Source: an uncultured Acidimicrobiales bacterium (GTDB lineage Bacteria; Actinomycetota; Acidimicrobiia; Acidimicrobiales; UBA10347). From it: DNA of 64,000 nucleotides. Within the stretch, counting starts at the first letter, position 1. The number at the start of each line of letters is the position of its first letter. A program made the position numbers and the translations under genes. The notes beneath the pieces are model-generated. The model was not told the DNA's origin. It did not search any database and was given only the letters and a program-made list of their open reading frames with translations. Below, piece after piece: positions 40,968 through 52,787 of the stretch. The DNA is taken from positions 62,001-126,000 of the forward strand of contig CALSSD010000008.1 of the NCBI GenBank assembly GCA_943788915.1. Direction: 5' to 3'.

Positions 40968-43018
40968 ATGAGTGACACTGAACATCCGGACTTCGCCGAC
41001 GAAGCGGCCTACATACATAAGGCCTACGCGCGCCTCGACCAATCACGCGAAGCCGCGAAATCCATCACCGACAATGTCGAATCTCGCGAGGGCGGCACCC
41101 ACCAAGCCCGCTACGAACGAGACGTACTCGCCGACAAGGTGCGATCCCGGCTCGAAGACCTGGATATCGGCGATCAATCGCTGATATTCGGACGTATCGA
41201 CCAGACCGAGGGTGACCATTTCCATATCGGCCGCGTCGCTGTCTTCGACGAGGAACGCAACCCCATGGTCGTCGATTGGCGAGCACCGATTGCAGAACCG
41301 TTCTACCGCGCCACCGGCCGCCAAACCATGGGGCTCAGCCGCCGCCGCCATTACATAACCAGGTACCGCGAACTCTTAGGCATCGAAGACGAATACTTCA
41401 CCGGCGAAGGCGGCGAACGCACTGGACTCAAGGGCGAACGCACGCTGGTCGCAGCGCTCGAAGAGGGCCGCACCGGTCGCCTGGGCGACATCGTCGGCAC
41501 CATCCAGGGTGAACAAGACGAGATCATCCGCGCTCCCCTCGCTGGCGCCGTCATCGTGCAGGGCGGACCTGGCACCGGTAAAACCGTGGTAGCGCTCCAT
41601 CGTGCTGCGTACCTGCTGTACAGCCATCGTTTCCCGCTTGCCGGCCAAGGCGTAATGGTCATCGGCCCGAACCGGCTCTTCCTGACCTATATCGAACAGG
41701 TACTCCCCTCGCTCGGCGAGTCTGGTGTCGAACTCAGCGTGCTCGGCGACTTTGTGCCGAACGCCCGTGTCCGCGGCAATGACCCGGCCCACATCGCCCG
41801 GGTCAAGGGCGACCTCCGCATGATCGATGTGATGCGTCGAGCCGTGCGCCAGCGTCAACGCCCACTGCGCCGCGACCTCAACATCACCTACGGAGTGCAG
41901 CGACTGAAGTTCAGCGTTGCTGACAGCGAAACCGTTATCCACCGCACTCGGCGTCGGGCACGCTTCCACAATCATGGCCGCAAGTTTGTTGTCGAAGAGC
42001 TCTACGAGATGCTCGCAGCCAGTGGCCGATACGACGTCGACGCGCAGGAACTCAAGGACAACTTTCACGGCTCAGAGCAGATCCGCGAGGCTCTTGAATG
42101 GATGTGGCCCGTTATCTCGTCCGAAGAACTCCTGCACGACTTCTACGGCTTCCGCTCGTTGTTGCGCGCCGCCGGCCACAAGGACTTCGGCGCCCATATC
42201 GAGAACTTGTACCGGCCCCGCACCAACACCGATGACCTGTTGTGGACCGCCCATGATGTACCACTGCTCGACGAAGTCAACCGCCTGGTTGGGCCCACAT
42301 CGGGCCTGAACAAGGATCATGGCGTGCGCACCTATGGCCACATCGTGATCGACGAGGCCCAGGACCTGTCACCTATGCAGCTGCATATGGTGGCCCGCCG
42401 TTCACTCGGTGGATCCATGACGATCGTCGGCGACATCGCCCAGGCCACTAGCGCGTGGGCCCACGACAGCTGGGAAAGTGTTACCGAACATCTACCCACC
42501 CCCAAGGGTATTCATCGCTACGAACTCACGGTCGGTTACCGCCTGCCCGAGCCGCTCATGGCGCTTGCCGCCAAGGTGCTCGCCAAGGCCATGCCTGATC
42601 TCAAAGCACCGGTCGCAGTGCGCTCCGAGGGCGATCCGCCACGATTCGTCGTGACCGACCCCGATAACTTTCGGCACCGCGTCTGGCCAACACCGTGGCC
42701 CACGAACGCGAAGCCATTGGCGCAGGAAATATCGCTGTCATCTGCGCCACCGGTGCAGCCGAAGACGTCTCCTTCTTCTTGAACGAAGCCGGCATCGATC
42801 ATGGTGTCGCCTATGCCGGTGCGCTCGAGAAAGAGGTGTCGGTCATCGAGGTCTCCATGGTCAAAGGCCTTGAGCTCGACGCCGCCATCGTCATCGAACC
42901 CGACTCGATCGTCGAGTTCGAGCCGCAAGGCCTGCGTTCGCTCTATGTAGCCATCACCCGAGCTACCCGCCGGTTGACAATCATTGACACGGGCGACTCC
43001 GCCAAGGTTCTGGCCTAA
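40968..43018 (+). CDS. HelD-family (UvrD-like) ATPase; frameshift near 42675
   Basis: LIFGRID, DWRAPIAEPFY, TIQGEQDEIIR, QGGPGTGKTVVALHRAAYLLY, IDEAQD; C-terminal KGLELD...LYVAITRATRRL in the next frame. Confidence 0.88.
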
Positions 43019-43087
43019 CCGAAAAGTTGGCTCACCCGGTTGTTGTAACCGGGCACCAACAAGTGGGTCGCTGAGCACTCGGTGGGC

Positions 43088-43137
43088 GATACCGGTGTGC
43101 ACCTGGGGTCTGACCCTGGACGCACACCGCTGGTATC
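43088..43137. repeat. Imperfect hairpin centred on GGGTC-T-GACCC (REP-like)
   Basis: GATACC-GGTGTGC...GGGTCTGACCC...GCACACC...GGTATC, intergenic between helD and lhr. Confidence 0.55.
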
Positions 43138-43188
43138 TGCACTGGAACGAACGTGTGCCTGGTGCACGTTGGTTCTATCGTTTCGAAG

Positions 43189-46100
43189 GTGACGCTCGAT
43201 CAGTTCAGCCCGCCGGTGCGGGAATGGTTCTCAACGAGTTTCCCTGAGCCCACGCCCCCACAGACGATGGGCTGGCCTGCAATCGCCAACGGCGATAACA
43301 CCTTGATCCTTGCGCCGACCGGCTCCGGCAAGACACTCACCGCGTTCCTGTGGGGCATCGACCGGCTGACGTCGGATCCGACACCGGCCGACGATCCCCA
43401 TACCCGCATCATCTACATCTCACCGTTGCGTGCCCTGGCCGTCGACGTCGACAAGAACCTGCGGGGGCCAGTCAAGGGCATCACGCTCGCAGCTGAACGG
43501 CTCGGCACACCTACGCAGCAGCCGACGGTCGGTGTCCGTACCGGTGACACGTCGCAGAAGGAACGACGCCAGATCGCCAAGCGACCACCCGACATCCTGA
43601 TCACCACGCCCGAGTCGTTGTACCTCATGCTTACGTCTCAGGCGAGAGCAGGCCTGACTCGGGTTGAAGCGGTGATCATCGATGAGATCCACGCGCTGGC
43701 CGGCACCAAACGTGGTGCCCACATGTCTCTCACCCTCGAGCGACTCGAAGCGATCAACGAAACACCACCCCAACGAATCGGCCTGTCCGCCACCCAGCGC
43801 CCGCTCGAAGAAACCGCACGATTCCTGGGCGGACGAAAGAACAAGGACTGGCGTCCCGTCACCATCATCGACGCCGGTGTTCGCAAGCCGATGGATATCG
43901 AGATCGTTGTACCCATCGAAGACATGGGTGACCTAGGCACCTTCGTCGAAGGCCCCCAAAGCGGCCCGGCAGCGGCCGGTCCCGTGCGCAAGAGCATCTG
44001 GCCATCGATCCATCCGGCGCTCCTTGAGCTCATCCAATCGCACCGGTCGACCCTCGTCTTCGTCAACGCCCGCCGCATGGCCGAACGCCTGGCCAACCGA
44101 CTCAACGAACTCGCCGACGAACAGGCCGCGTTGCCGGGCTACGCAAGCTCCGCCCTTCCGTTGGCACGGAGCACCGATGACCCCAACGGGTCGCCTCCTC
44201 CGTCGCCTCCTGGCAATCCTGATTCCCCGGGCTACGCAAGCTCCGCCCTTCCGTTGGCACGGAGCACCGAAGACCCCAACGGGTCGCCTCCTCCGTCGCC
44301 TCCTGGCAATCCTGATTCCCCGGGCTACGCAAGCTCCGCCCTTCCGTTGGCACGGAGCACCGAAGACCCCAACGGGTCGCCTCCTCCGTCGCCTCCTGGC
44401 AATCCTGATTCCCCGGGCTACGCAAGCTCCGCCCTTCCGTTGGCACGGAGCACCGATGATGACGCAGAGCTCCCACTTGTGCGGGCGCATCATGGGTCGA
44501 TCAGTCGGGAGCAGCGGCTGGTCATCGAGGATCAGCTCAAGCGGGGCGAACTGAAGGGGCTGATCGCCACCAGCTCGTTGGAGCTTGGCATCGATATGGG
44601 TGCGATCGATCTGGTGGTGCAGGTTGAGTCGCCCGGTGCCGTCAGTCGTGGCCTGCAACGGATTGGCCGCTCCGGCCACAACGTGGGCGATGTCAGCCGG
44701 GGCAAGATCTTCCCCAAACATCGTGCCGACCTTGTCGAGGCCGCAGTCGTCTCGTACCGCATGCAGCATGGTCTGATCGAGTCGACCCGGTACCTGCGCA
44801 ACCCACTCGATGTGCTGGCCCAGCAGATCGTGGCCATGTGCGCCATGGACGACTGGCCGGTTACCAAACTCGCCGAGCTCGTGCGGGGAAGCGCAAACTT
44901 CGCCGACATCAGCGACGACATGCTGAACAACACACTCGACCTGCTGGCCGGGCGTTACCCCAGCGAACAATTCTCCGAACTTCGACCCCGCATTGTGTGG
45001 GATCGGGTCGAAGACGAAGTTCGTGGCCGACGCGGCGCCCAACGACTGGCCGTCACAAACCCCGGCACGATCCCCGATCGCGGCCTCTTCGGCGTCTTCC
45101 TTCCCGACGGCACACGCGTCGGCGAACTCGACGAAGAGATGGTCTACGAAAGCCGACCTGGCGAAGTGTTCTTACTCGGCGCGTCGAGCTGGCGGATCGA
45201 AGAGATCACCTTCGAACGCGTCATCGTGACCCCCGCGCCCGGCGTTCCTGGCAAGATGCCGTTCTGGCACGGCGACGGACCCGGACGCCCCATCGAACTC
45301 GGCGAAGCCATGGGCGAGTTCATCCGCGACATACGGGCTCGCCCGGACGCCGCCGAGTGGCTGCATGCCGAGGTCGGCCTCGATCCACTCGCAGCGAACA
45401 ACCTGCTCGGGTACCTCGATGAACAGGCGGAAGCGACGGGCGCGGTCCCCGATGATCGCACGCTGGTCGTCGAACGTTTCCGCGACGAAATCGGCGACTG
45501 GCGGATCTGTCTGCACACGCCGTTTGGTGCGCAGGTGCACGCCCCGTGGTCGATGGCGTTGCGGGCCCGCCTCGAAGAAGAGTTCGGCACCTCGATCGAG
45601 ATGATCTACAGCGACGACGGCATCGTGTTGCGGCTTCCGGAGCACCTCGATGACCTGCCGCTCGAACTCTTGGTCTTCGACCCCGCCGAGATCGACCAGC
45701 TGGTGATTGAGCAGCTGCCCCAGACAGCGCTCTTCGCATCACGATTCCGCGAGGCCGCCGGCCGAGCACTCCTCCTGCCGAAGCGCCGTCCTGGCACCCG
45801 CACACCGCTGTGGCAGCAACGGCAGCGAGCGGCCGATCTCCTCGCAACCGCACAGAACTATCCCGACTTTCCCATCTTGCTTGAGACAGTCCGCGAGTGC
45901 GTGAACGACGTCTTCGACCTGCCCGCATTACGCAAGGTCATGACCGGCATCAATGATCGGACCATCCGGGTAGAAGTAGTCGAGACGCAGAAGGCTTCGC
46001 CCTTTGCGCAGTCGTTGCTGTTCGGCTGGATCGCCACCTACATGTACGAGGGCGACGCTCCGCTAGCCGAACGTCGCGCCGCTGCGCTCGCGCTCGACAA

Positions 46101-47943
46101 GGACCTGCTGAGTGAGCTGCTCGGTGCCGAGGAACTTCGGGATCTCCTCGATGCCGATGTCATGGCCGACCTGGAGTTGGAGCTCCAACGTCTGGTCGAT
46201 CACCGGGCTGCACGCGATGCCGACGAAGTCCACGATGTCCTGCGCGAGCTTGGCCCGCAATCCATGCTTGAACTTGCCGCCCGAGTCACCGAGCCTGCAT
46301 CGATCGAAACGTTCGTCGAACAACTCGTGGCGGAGCGCCGAGCGTTCATTGGGTCGATCGCAGGCGAAGACAGGATCTGCGCCGCCGAAGACGCCGCCCG
46401 TGTCCGTGATGCGTTGGGCACCGCGATCGCCGTGGGCCTGCCCGCCGCCTATACCGACCCGGTCGACTCGCCGCTCGACGACCTGGTCGAACGTTTCGCA
46501 CGCACCCATTGCCCGTTCCTCGCCACCCAGGTCGCACACCGGTTCGGCATCGGCGTCGATCGCATATTCGACGCACTCGAGCGACTCGAGAACACCGGAC
46601 GCATCACCCGGGGCGAGTTCCGCCCAGACGGCACCGACCGTGAGTGGTGCGACAAGGAAGTCCTCCGCCGACTGCGGCGACGTTCATTGGCAGCGCTGCG
46701 CAAGGAAGTCGAGCCCGTCGAAGGTGACTCGCTGGCGCGGTTCCTACCTCGATGGCAAGGAGTGGGAACACCTCGCCGAGGTATCGATGGCCTGGTCGAT
46801 GTGCTGTCCATCCTGCAAGCTGCGCCTATTCCTGCATCGGTACTCGAGCGTGACGTTCTGGCCGTGCGTATGGCCGACTACAGCCAGGCCGACCTCGACG
46901 CACTCTGCACTTCTGGGGATCTGATCTGGGTCGGGGCCGGTTCGATAGGCCAGAACGACGGCCGCATCCGACTGCTGTTCCGAGAAACTGCAGCGCTCTT
47001 CGTTAGCCCAGCAGATGAACCCACCGAGGGTGACTGTCACGACGCAATCCGCGGGCACCTTGGCCAGCGAGGCGCGAGCTTCTGGCCTGACCTCGTACGA
47101 GCCTGTTCCGAAGCAGGAGCCGACTACAGCGACTCTGCGGTCCTGGGTGCGTTGTGGGATCTCGTGTGGGCAGGCGAGGTCACCAACGATTCGCTTGCGC
47201 CCGTACGTTCCATGCTTCGCGGCAAAGGCACGAAGGCAGCGAAGACTGCGGCATCCAAACGCCGTCGACCACGACCCGGCCGAGTCAGCGCAACCGGACC
47301 ACCAACCGCTGCAGGCCGGTGGTCTCTCGTGGCACCGCTGCTTGAACCACGCCCGACACCAACCGAGTGCGCCCATGCCCGAGCGGTGCAACTGCTTGAG
47401 CGTTACGGCGTGCTGACCCGAGAGGCCGCACTTGGCGAAGGCAACGAAGGCGGATTTGCAGGTGTGTACCCCGTGCTCAAGGCACTCGAAGAACAAGGCA
47501 AGGTCCGCCGCGGCTATTTCGTAGCCGGTCTCGGTGCCGCACAATTCGCTCTATCAGGAGCAGTCGACCGGCTGCGCCGACGAGGCGAAGACGACGAGTT
47601 GATGGTGCTTGCCGCTACTGATCCTGGCCAACCGTTTGGGGCCTCACTCCCCTGGCCCGACAGCGCCGGTCGCCCATCGCGCAGCGCGGGAGGCCTGGTT
47701 GTGATCGACAACGGCGAAGCGCTCGTGTATGTCGAGCGTGGCGGCAAGAGTCTCATCTCGTTCCCCGACGCAGCCATCCGACCGGGTTGGGCCAAGGCTC
47801 TCGCTCGCACGATCGACCACGGCCGCGTCCGACTCGAAATCACCAAGATCGATGGTGAACCAGCTGGTGATTCGCCACTCAAGGACATCCTCGAAGGCGC
47901 TGGCTTCACCCGCGGCTACCGCGGCTGGGCCTACAAACCGTGA
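43189..47943 (+). CDS. lhr: Long-form Lhr ATP-dependent helicase
   Basis: APTGSGKT, ISPLRAL, TTPESL, DEIH, LSAT, AHHGS, TSSLELGID, QRIGRSGH and a long Lhr C-terminal region. Confidence 0.95.
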   Translation: MTLDQFSPPVREWFSTSFPEPTPPQTMGWPAIANGDNTLILAPTGSGKTLTAFLWGIDRLTSDPTPADDPHTRIIYISPLRALAVDVDKNLRGPVKGITLAAERLGTPTQQPTVGVRTGDTSQKERRQIAKRPPDILITTPESLYLMLTSQARAGLTRVEAVIIDEIHALAGTKRGAHMSLTLERLEAINETPPQRIGLSATQRPLEETARFLGGRKNKDWRPVTIIDAGVRKPMDIEIVVPIEDMGDLGTFVEGPQSGPAAAGPVRKSIWPSIHPALLELIQSHRSTLVFVNARRMAERLANRLNELADEQAALPGYASSALPLARSTDDPNGSPPPSPPGNPDSPGYASSALPLARSTEDPNGSPPPSPPGNPDSPGYASSALPLARSTEDPNGSPPPSPPGNPDSPGYASSALPLARSTDDDAELPLVRAHHGSISREQRLVIEDQLKRGELKGLIATSSLELGIDMGAIDLVVQVESPGAVSRGLQRIGRSGHNVGDVSRGKIFPKHRADLVEAAVVSYRMQHGLIESTRYLRNPLDVLAQQIVAMCAMDDWPVTKLAELVRGSANFADISDDMLNNTLDLLAGRYPSEQFSELRPRIVWDRVEDEVRGRRGAQRLAVTNPGTIPDRGLFGVFLPDGTRVGELDEEMVYESRPGEVFLLGASSWRIEEITFERVIVTPAPGVPGKMPFWHGDGPGRPIELGEAMGEFIRDIRARPDAAEWLHAEVGLDPLAANNLLGYLDEQAEATGAVPDDRTLVVERFRDEIGDWRICLHTPFGAQVHAPWSMALRARLEEEFGTSIEMIYSDDGIVLRLPEHLDDLPLELLVFDPAEIDQLVIEQLPQTALFASRFREAAGRALLLPKRRPGTRTPLWQQRQRAADLLATAQNYPDFPILLETVRECVNDVFDLPALRKVMTGINDRTIRVEVVETQKASPFAQSLLFGWIATYMYEGDAPLAERRAAALALDKDLLSELLGAEELRDLLDADVMADLELELQRLVDHRAARDADEVHDVLRELGPQSMLELAARVTEPASIETFVEQLVAERRAFIGSIAGEDRICAAEDAARVRDALGTAIAVGLPAAYTDPVDSPLDDLVERFARTHCPFLATQVAHRFGIGVDRIFDALERLENTGRITRGEFRPDGTDREWCDKEVLRRLRRRSLAALRKEVEPVEGDSLARFLPRWQGVGTPRRGIDGLVDVLSILQAAPIPASVLERDVLAVRMADYSQADLDALCTSGDLIWVGAGSIGQNDGRIRLLFRETAALFVSPADEPTEGDCHDAIRGHLGQRGASFWPDLVRACSEAGADYSDSAVLGALWDLVWAGEVTNDSLAPVRSMLRGKGTKAAKTAASKRRRPRPGRVSATGPPTAAGRWSLVAPLLEPRPTPTECAHARAVQLLERYGVLTREAALGEGNEGGFAGVYPVLKALEEQGKVRRGYFVAGLGAAQFALSGAVDRLRRRGEDDELMVLAATDPGQPFGASLPWPDSAGRPSRSAGGLVVIDNGEALVYVERGGKSLISFPDAAIRPGWAKALARTIDHGRVRLEITKIDGEPAGDSPLKDILEGAGFTRGYRGWAYKP
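44134..44459 (+). repeat. In-frame 93-bp tandem repeat (about 3.5 copies) inside lhr
   Basis: Units start at 44134, 44227, 44320 and 44413; each encodes PGYASSALPLARST(D/E)DPNGSPPPSPPGNPDS. Confidence 0.95.
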
Positions 47944-48041
47944 CCACCGGGTCGAGACGTTCCCCTCCACAGGAAACTTCGGAGACGCACGGCTTGCACA
48001 AGCCAGCCACCGAAGGCACAACCTTTCAGCCCCGATCTACT

Positions 48042-48082
48042 CCCGATAACGAACCCGTGCCTGGCACGGGTTCGTTATCGGG
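48042..48082. repeat. Perfect palindrome with 20-bp arms centred on GTGCC-T-GGCAC
   Basis: CCCGATAACGAACCCGTGCC-T-GGCACGGGTTCGTTATCGGG. Confidence 0.9.
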
Positions 48083-48130
48083 CGGGTGACATCGCCACCG
48101 AGCGAGAGAAAGCAGATAGCGTGCTGGGCT

Positions 48131-48895
48131 ATGACACGAGTGCTGGTGACCGGAACCGATCGCCCGATTGGCAAGGCCATATTGCCCCGCCTGGTCAAGC
48201 ATGGCTTCACACCTGTCGCAGGCGTCGGAGACACCGCCGGCCCGGTGATGTCAATCGACCATGACCTGATTGCCGATGGCAAGGTCGATGTCGAACTCGA
48301 CTCCCACAGCAGCATCAGCACCGCTCTCGAAGGCATCTCAACGATGATCCACGCGGCCGACGTTCGGCCAGGTGGAAGCCACGACATCCCCGACTCCATG
48401 CGAGCTTTGGCCTCAGCATGCGCTGATCGGGGCGTGCACCTGATCCTTATCTCTCGAGTCGGAGCCGACGTCAGCTCGCTCGCGCATCGAAAACAGCTGT
48501 GGAAAGCCGAACAGGTCATCGAACAGACCGAAGGACTCGGATACACGATCCAGCGCATCACCCACACACATCCATCAGTCGAGAAGCTGCTGCAGGGTCC
48601 GTTCCTCCCACTGCCACAAGCCACGCCAATTCAGCCCGTGTCACCGTCAGATGTCGCAGGCCGAGTGGTCGGGCTGGTGCAGGTTGGGCCGTCGCAACGT
48701 GTCCGTGATTATGGCGGCCCCGAGCTCATGCGTTTCGCCGACGCAGTTCACATCTACAAGCAGGTCCGCAAGACCATTCCCCGCAAGGTGCCCCTGCCTA
48801 AGGTTGGCGTCTTGAGCGAGGCTCTTGCCGGCGTTCATGTCACCAAGACCGGCGACCGGGGCACCGAAACATTCCGCCAGTGGCTCACTGACTGA
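48131..48895 (+). CDS. Atypical SDR / NAD(P)H-binding (NmrA-like) protein
   Basis: VLVTGT..IG Rossmann-like start, QPVSPSDVA, GGPE; glycine motif is degenerate. Confidence 0.75.
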   Translation: MTRVLVTGTDRPIGKAILPRLVKHGFTPVAGVGDTAGPVMSIDHDLIADGKVDVELDSHSSISTALEGISTMIHAADVRPGGSHDIPDSMRALASACADRGVHLILISRVGADVSSLAHRKQLWKAEQVIEQTEGLGYTIQRITHTHPSVEKLLQGPFLPLPQATPIQPVSPSDVAGRVVGLVQVGPSQRVRDYGGPELMRFADAVHIYKQVRKTIPRKVPLPKVGVLSEALAGVHVTKTGDRGTETFRQWLTD

Positions 48896-48916
48896 ACTCC
48901 CGAGGCGGAGCCGATC

Positions 48917-50111
<1,195 letters not shown>

Positions 50112-50128
50112 CTACACTTGGCAGCCAC

Positions 50129-51097
50129 ATGGATATTGCTACTGACGCCCGTATCTTCGTCGCTGGGCAGCGGGGTCTCGTTGGATCAGCGATCTGTCGG
50201 CTCCTTGAACAGCGCGGTTACACGAACCTGTTGTCGGCGACGAGCGATGAGCTGGACTTACGCGATCAGACGGCCGTGCACACCTGGTTCGAAGAGAACC
50301 GACCCGACTACGTGTATCTGGTCGCCGGGAAGGTCGGCGGTATTCAAGCCAACATGTCGTTTCCCGCCGAGTTCCTCTACGACAATCTCATGATTCACAG
50401 CACGGTCGTCGAAGCAAGTCGACGTACCAATGTGACCAAACTTCTTTACCTGGGTTCATCGTGTATCTACCCTCGACTCGCTGATCAGCCGATAACCGAG
50501 GACCAACTGTTGGCTGGCCCGCTTGAGCCCTCGAACGAGGCCTACGCCATCGCCAAGATCGCTGGCATCAAGTTGTGCCAGAGCTACCGAACGCAATACG
50601 GCTGCGACTTCATCTCGGCGATGCCTACGAACCTCTACGGTCCGAACGACAATTTTGATCTTGAAACCAGCCATGTTTTGCCAGCATTGATGCGCAAGTT
50701 CCACGACGCCCGACAGCAAGGCCAACCGGCGGTCGAGGTGTGGGGATCAGGCACCCCGCTTCGGGAGTTTCTTCACGTCGACGACCTGGCGAGTGCCTGT
50801 GTGTTCCTTATGGAGCACTACAGCGATGCAGAACTCGTCAATATAGGAACGGGTGTGGACTTAAGCATCCGTGAACTTGCCGAGACCCTGAGAGATGTTA
50901 TTTACCCTGCAGCAGCACTGACCTTTGATGCGTCTCGACCCGATGGAACACCACGAAAACTGCTTGATGTTGGGCGCCTCACCAGGTTGGGATGGCAGTC
51001 CACAATCTCGCTTCGCGAAGGAATCGAACAGACCTACAGCTGGTTACTCGACAACCAAGACAACCTTCGCGGAAGGACGCAGCCAGCGCCGTCATAA
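50129..51097 (+). CDS. fcl: GDP-L-fucose synthase
   Basis: [70 protein letters not shown]. Confidence 0.95.
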   Translation: MDIATDARIFVAGQRGLVGSAICRLLEQRGYTNLLSATSDELDLRDQTAVHTWFEENRPDYVYLVAGKVGGIQANMSFPAEFLYDNLMIHSTVVEASRRTNVTKLLYLGSSCIYPRLADQPITEDQLLAGPLEPSNEAYAIAKIAGIKLCQSYRTQYGCDFISAMPTNLYGPNDNFDLETSHVLPALMRKFHDARQQGQPAVEVWGSGTPLREFLHVDDLASACVFLMEHYSDAELVNIGTGVDLSIRELAETLRDVIYPAAALTFDASRPDGTPRKLLDVGRLTRLGWQSTISLREGIEQTYSWLLDNQDNLRGRTQPAPS

Positions 51098-51189
51098 AGG
51101 CGCACCGACAGCCGTTCTAGGGCAAAATTAGGCAGCATAACCCGGGCAGCGGAGCCAACCGGGGCATTGTTCCGTAGACTTGGCTCCTC

Positions 51190-51699
51190 ATGTTCGGGCT
51201 CGTCTTCTTATTGCTGATCGTTGTTCCCGTGGTTGAGCTGTATGTGCTGTTCCAGGTTGCAGAACCTTTGGGCTGGCTCCCGACGGTCTTCCTCCTCCTG
51301 CTCATCAGCTTCGTGGGTGCATCGCTGATGAAATGGCAAACCAGCGGGGCTGTGGGTCGAATCCGCGACACGGTCGCACAGGGCAAGATGCCCTCGAAAG
51401 AACTTGCCGACGCCGCACTGATGATCTTTGGTGGAGCATTGCTGCTGACTCCTGGTTTCTTCACCGATGCCGTGGGTCTCTCGATGTTTATTCCGCCACT
51501 TCGTGCACTTGCACGGGCAATGCTGCTGAAGCGATTCAGCGGCAAGGTATCGATCGCTGGAACCCCTGGTGGTTTCGCATTCGGTGCCAACTTCGGCACT
51601 CGAACCAGCTCAGCTGGCCGAGCAGGCCGCTCCTTCATTGACGTTGATGAGGTCCAAGCAGACCGCATCCCGACCACGGAATTGCCTTCTGATGAATAG
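51190..51699 (+). CDS. fxsA: FxsA family membrane protein
   Basis: VPVVELYVL, GALLLTPGFFTDAVG. Confidence 0.9.
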   Translation: MFGLVFLLLIVVPVVELYVLFQVAEPLGWLPTVFLLLLISFVGASLMKWQTSGAVGRIRDTVAQGKMPSKELADAALMIFGGALLLTPGFFTDAVGLSMFIPPLRALARAMLLKRFSGKVSIAGTPGGFAFGANFGTRTSSAGRAGRSFIDVDEVQADRIPTTELPSDE

Positions 51700-51712
51700 C
51701 AGAATCAAGCTC

Positions 51713-52549
51713 ATGACCAACCCGGTTGAGGAGGAGGTGGAAGAGGTAAGAGAAGAGATCGTTCCAGGCGTCGCCCGCGCTCTCAGCCCTATGGCTCGTC
51801 GTATTCTTGCGATGAATCCCGGTCCCCGTACTGGCCTCGGCACCAATACCTACATGGTCGGCATCGATGAGATCGCTGTTATCGATCCAGGTCCGAACGA
51901 CCAGGGTCACCTCGATTCCATCATCGGCTGTGGCGGCGAGCTCATCCGGTGGATTCTCGTCACCAATGCCGACGAAGACCATGCCGGCGCCGTGCCTGAA
52001 CTGGCTAAACAGACCGGCGCCATTGTTATGGCAATGTGCGACATCGACTGCGATGTCGTTCTGAAAGACGGCCAACAATTGGTCGGTACCGAGTTCCGTC
52101 TGACCACCAAACACCTGCCTGGCCCATCGGCCAAAAATGTTGGTTTCATGCTCGAAGAAGAGCGCATGCTGATCTCGGGCGATCTCATCATTGACGGCCC
52201 TAGCGTGGGTCTTAATGCGCCGCCAGATGGCGACATGGCCGCCTACATGACATCACTTGAGTCGCTCAGGAAACTTCGACTCAAGCGAATCGCCCCTGCG
52301 CACGGCTACGTGATCGAAGAACCCAAGACTGTTGTGCAGGAGTACATCGCACACCGTGTCGCTCGCGAGGCTGCGATCCTCGATGCGTTGGGTAGCGACA
52401 CCTTGCGGGTCGAAGACGTCATCGAAGCCGTGTACGGCGAGGTCGACGAAGACATGGCCGAGCTGGCAGCGAATAATGTGCTGGCCCACCTGATCAAGCT
52501 CCGCACCGACGGCAAGGTCAAGGGTCAGAAGAACTTCACCGCCGTCTAG
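51713..52549 (+). CDS. MBL-fold (LACTB2-like) protein with C-terminal winged helix and a degenerate metal site
   Basis: ILAMNPGPRTGLGTNTY, IDPGP, GDMAAYMTSL, IAPAHG, YIAHR..RE, AHLIKL...GKV. Confidence 0.85.
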   Translation: MTNPVEEEVEEVREEIVPGVARALSPMARRILAMNPGPRTGLGTNTYMVGIDEIAVIDPGPNDQGHLDSIIGCGGELIRWILVTNADEDHAGAVPELAKQTGAIVMAMCDIDCDVVLKDGQQLVGTEFRLTTKHLPGPSAKNVGFMLEEERMLISGDLIIDGPSVGLNAPPDGDMAAYMTSLESLRKLRLKRIAPAHGYVIEEPKTVVQEYIAHRVAREAAILDALGSDTLRVEDVIEAVYGEVDEDMAELAANNVLAHLIKLRTDGKVKGQKNFTAV

Positions 52550-52585
52550 ACCACGGTTACCACTCAAATACTCAGTAGTTACAGA

Positions 52586-52614
52586 ATCTGGCGCACGTCG
52601 AACGTGCGCCAGAT
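52586..52614. terminator. Hairpin with 13-bp arms, probable terminator
   Basis: ATCTGGCGCACGT-CGA-ACGTGCGCCAGAT followed by CCCGTTTT, downstream of the MBL gene. Confidence 0.55.
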
Positions 52615-52722
52615 CCCGTTTTCCTCGACGGTGGCCAGAGCGAGCTGTCACCACGTGAACCGAAGCCGTCGCAGGCCACTGCCACGCCGCTAACTGCACA
52701 ACGCCAGCTGCACCTGACAGCC

Positions 52723-52759
52723 GCTAAACATGACGGTGCCAGGCACCGTCATGTTTAGC
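52723..52759. repeat. Perfect palindrome with 18-bp arms centred on GGTGCC-A-GGCACC
   Basis: GCTAAACATGACGGTGCC-A-GGCACCGTCATGTTTAGC. Confidence 0.9.
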
Positions 52760-52787
52760 AGGAGAGGGGTGGTCCTAGGCTGGGTCG

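Noticed and set aside
44134..44459. CRISPR array (also considered for 59483-59670 and 18934-18989)
   Set aside because: The units are contiguous tandem copies with no unique spacers, and there are no cas genes in the window.
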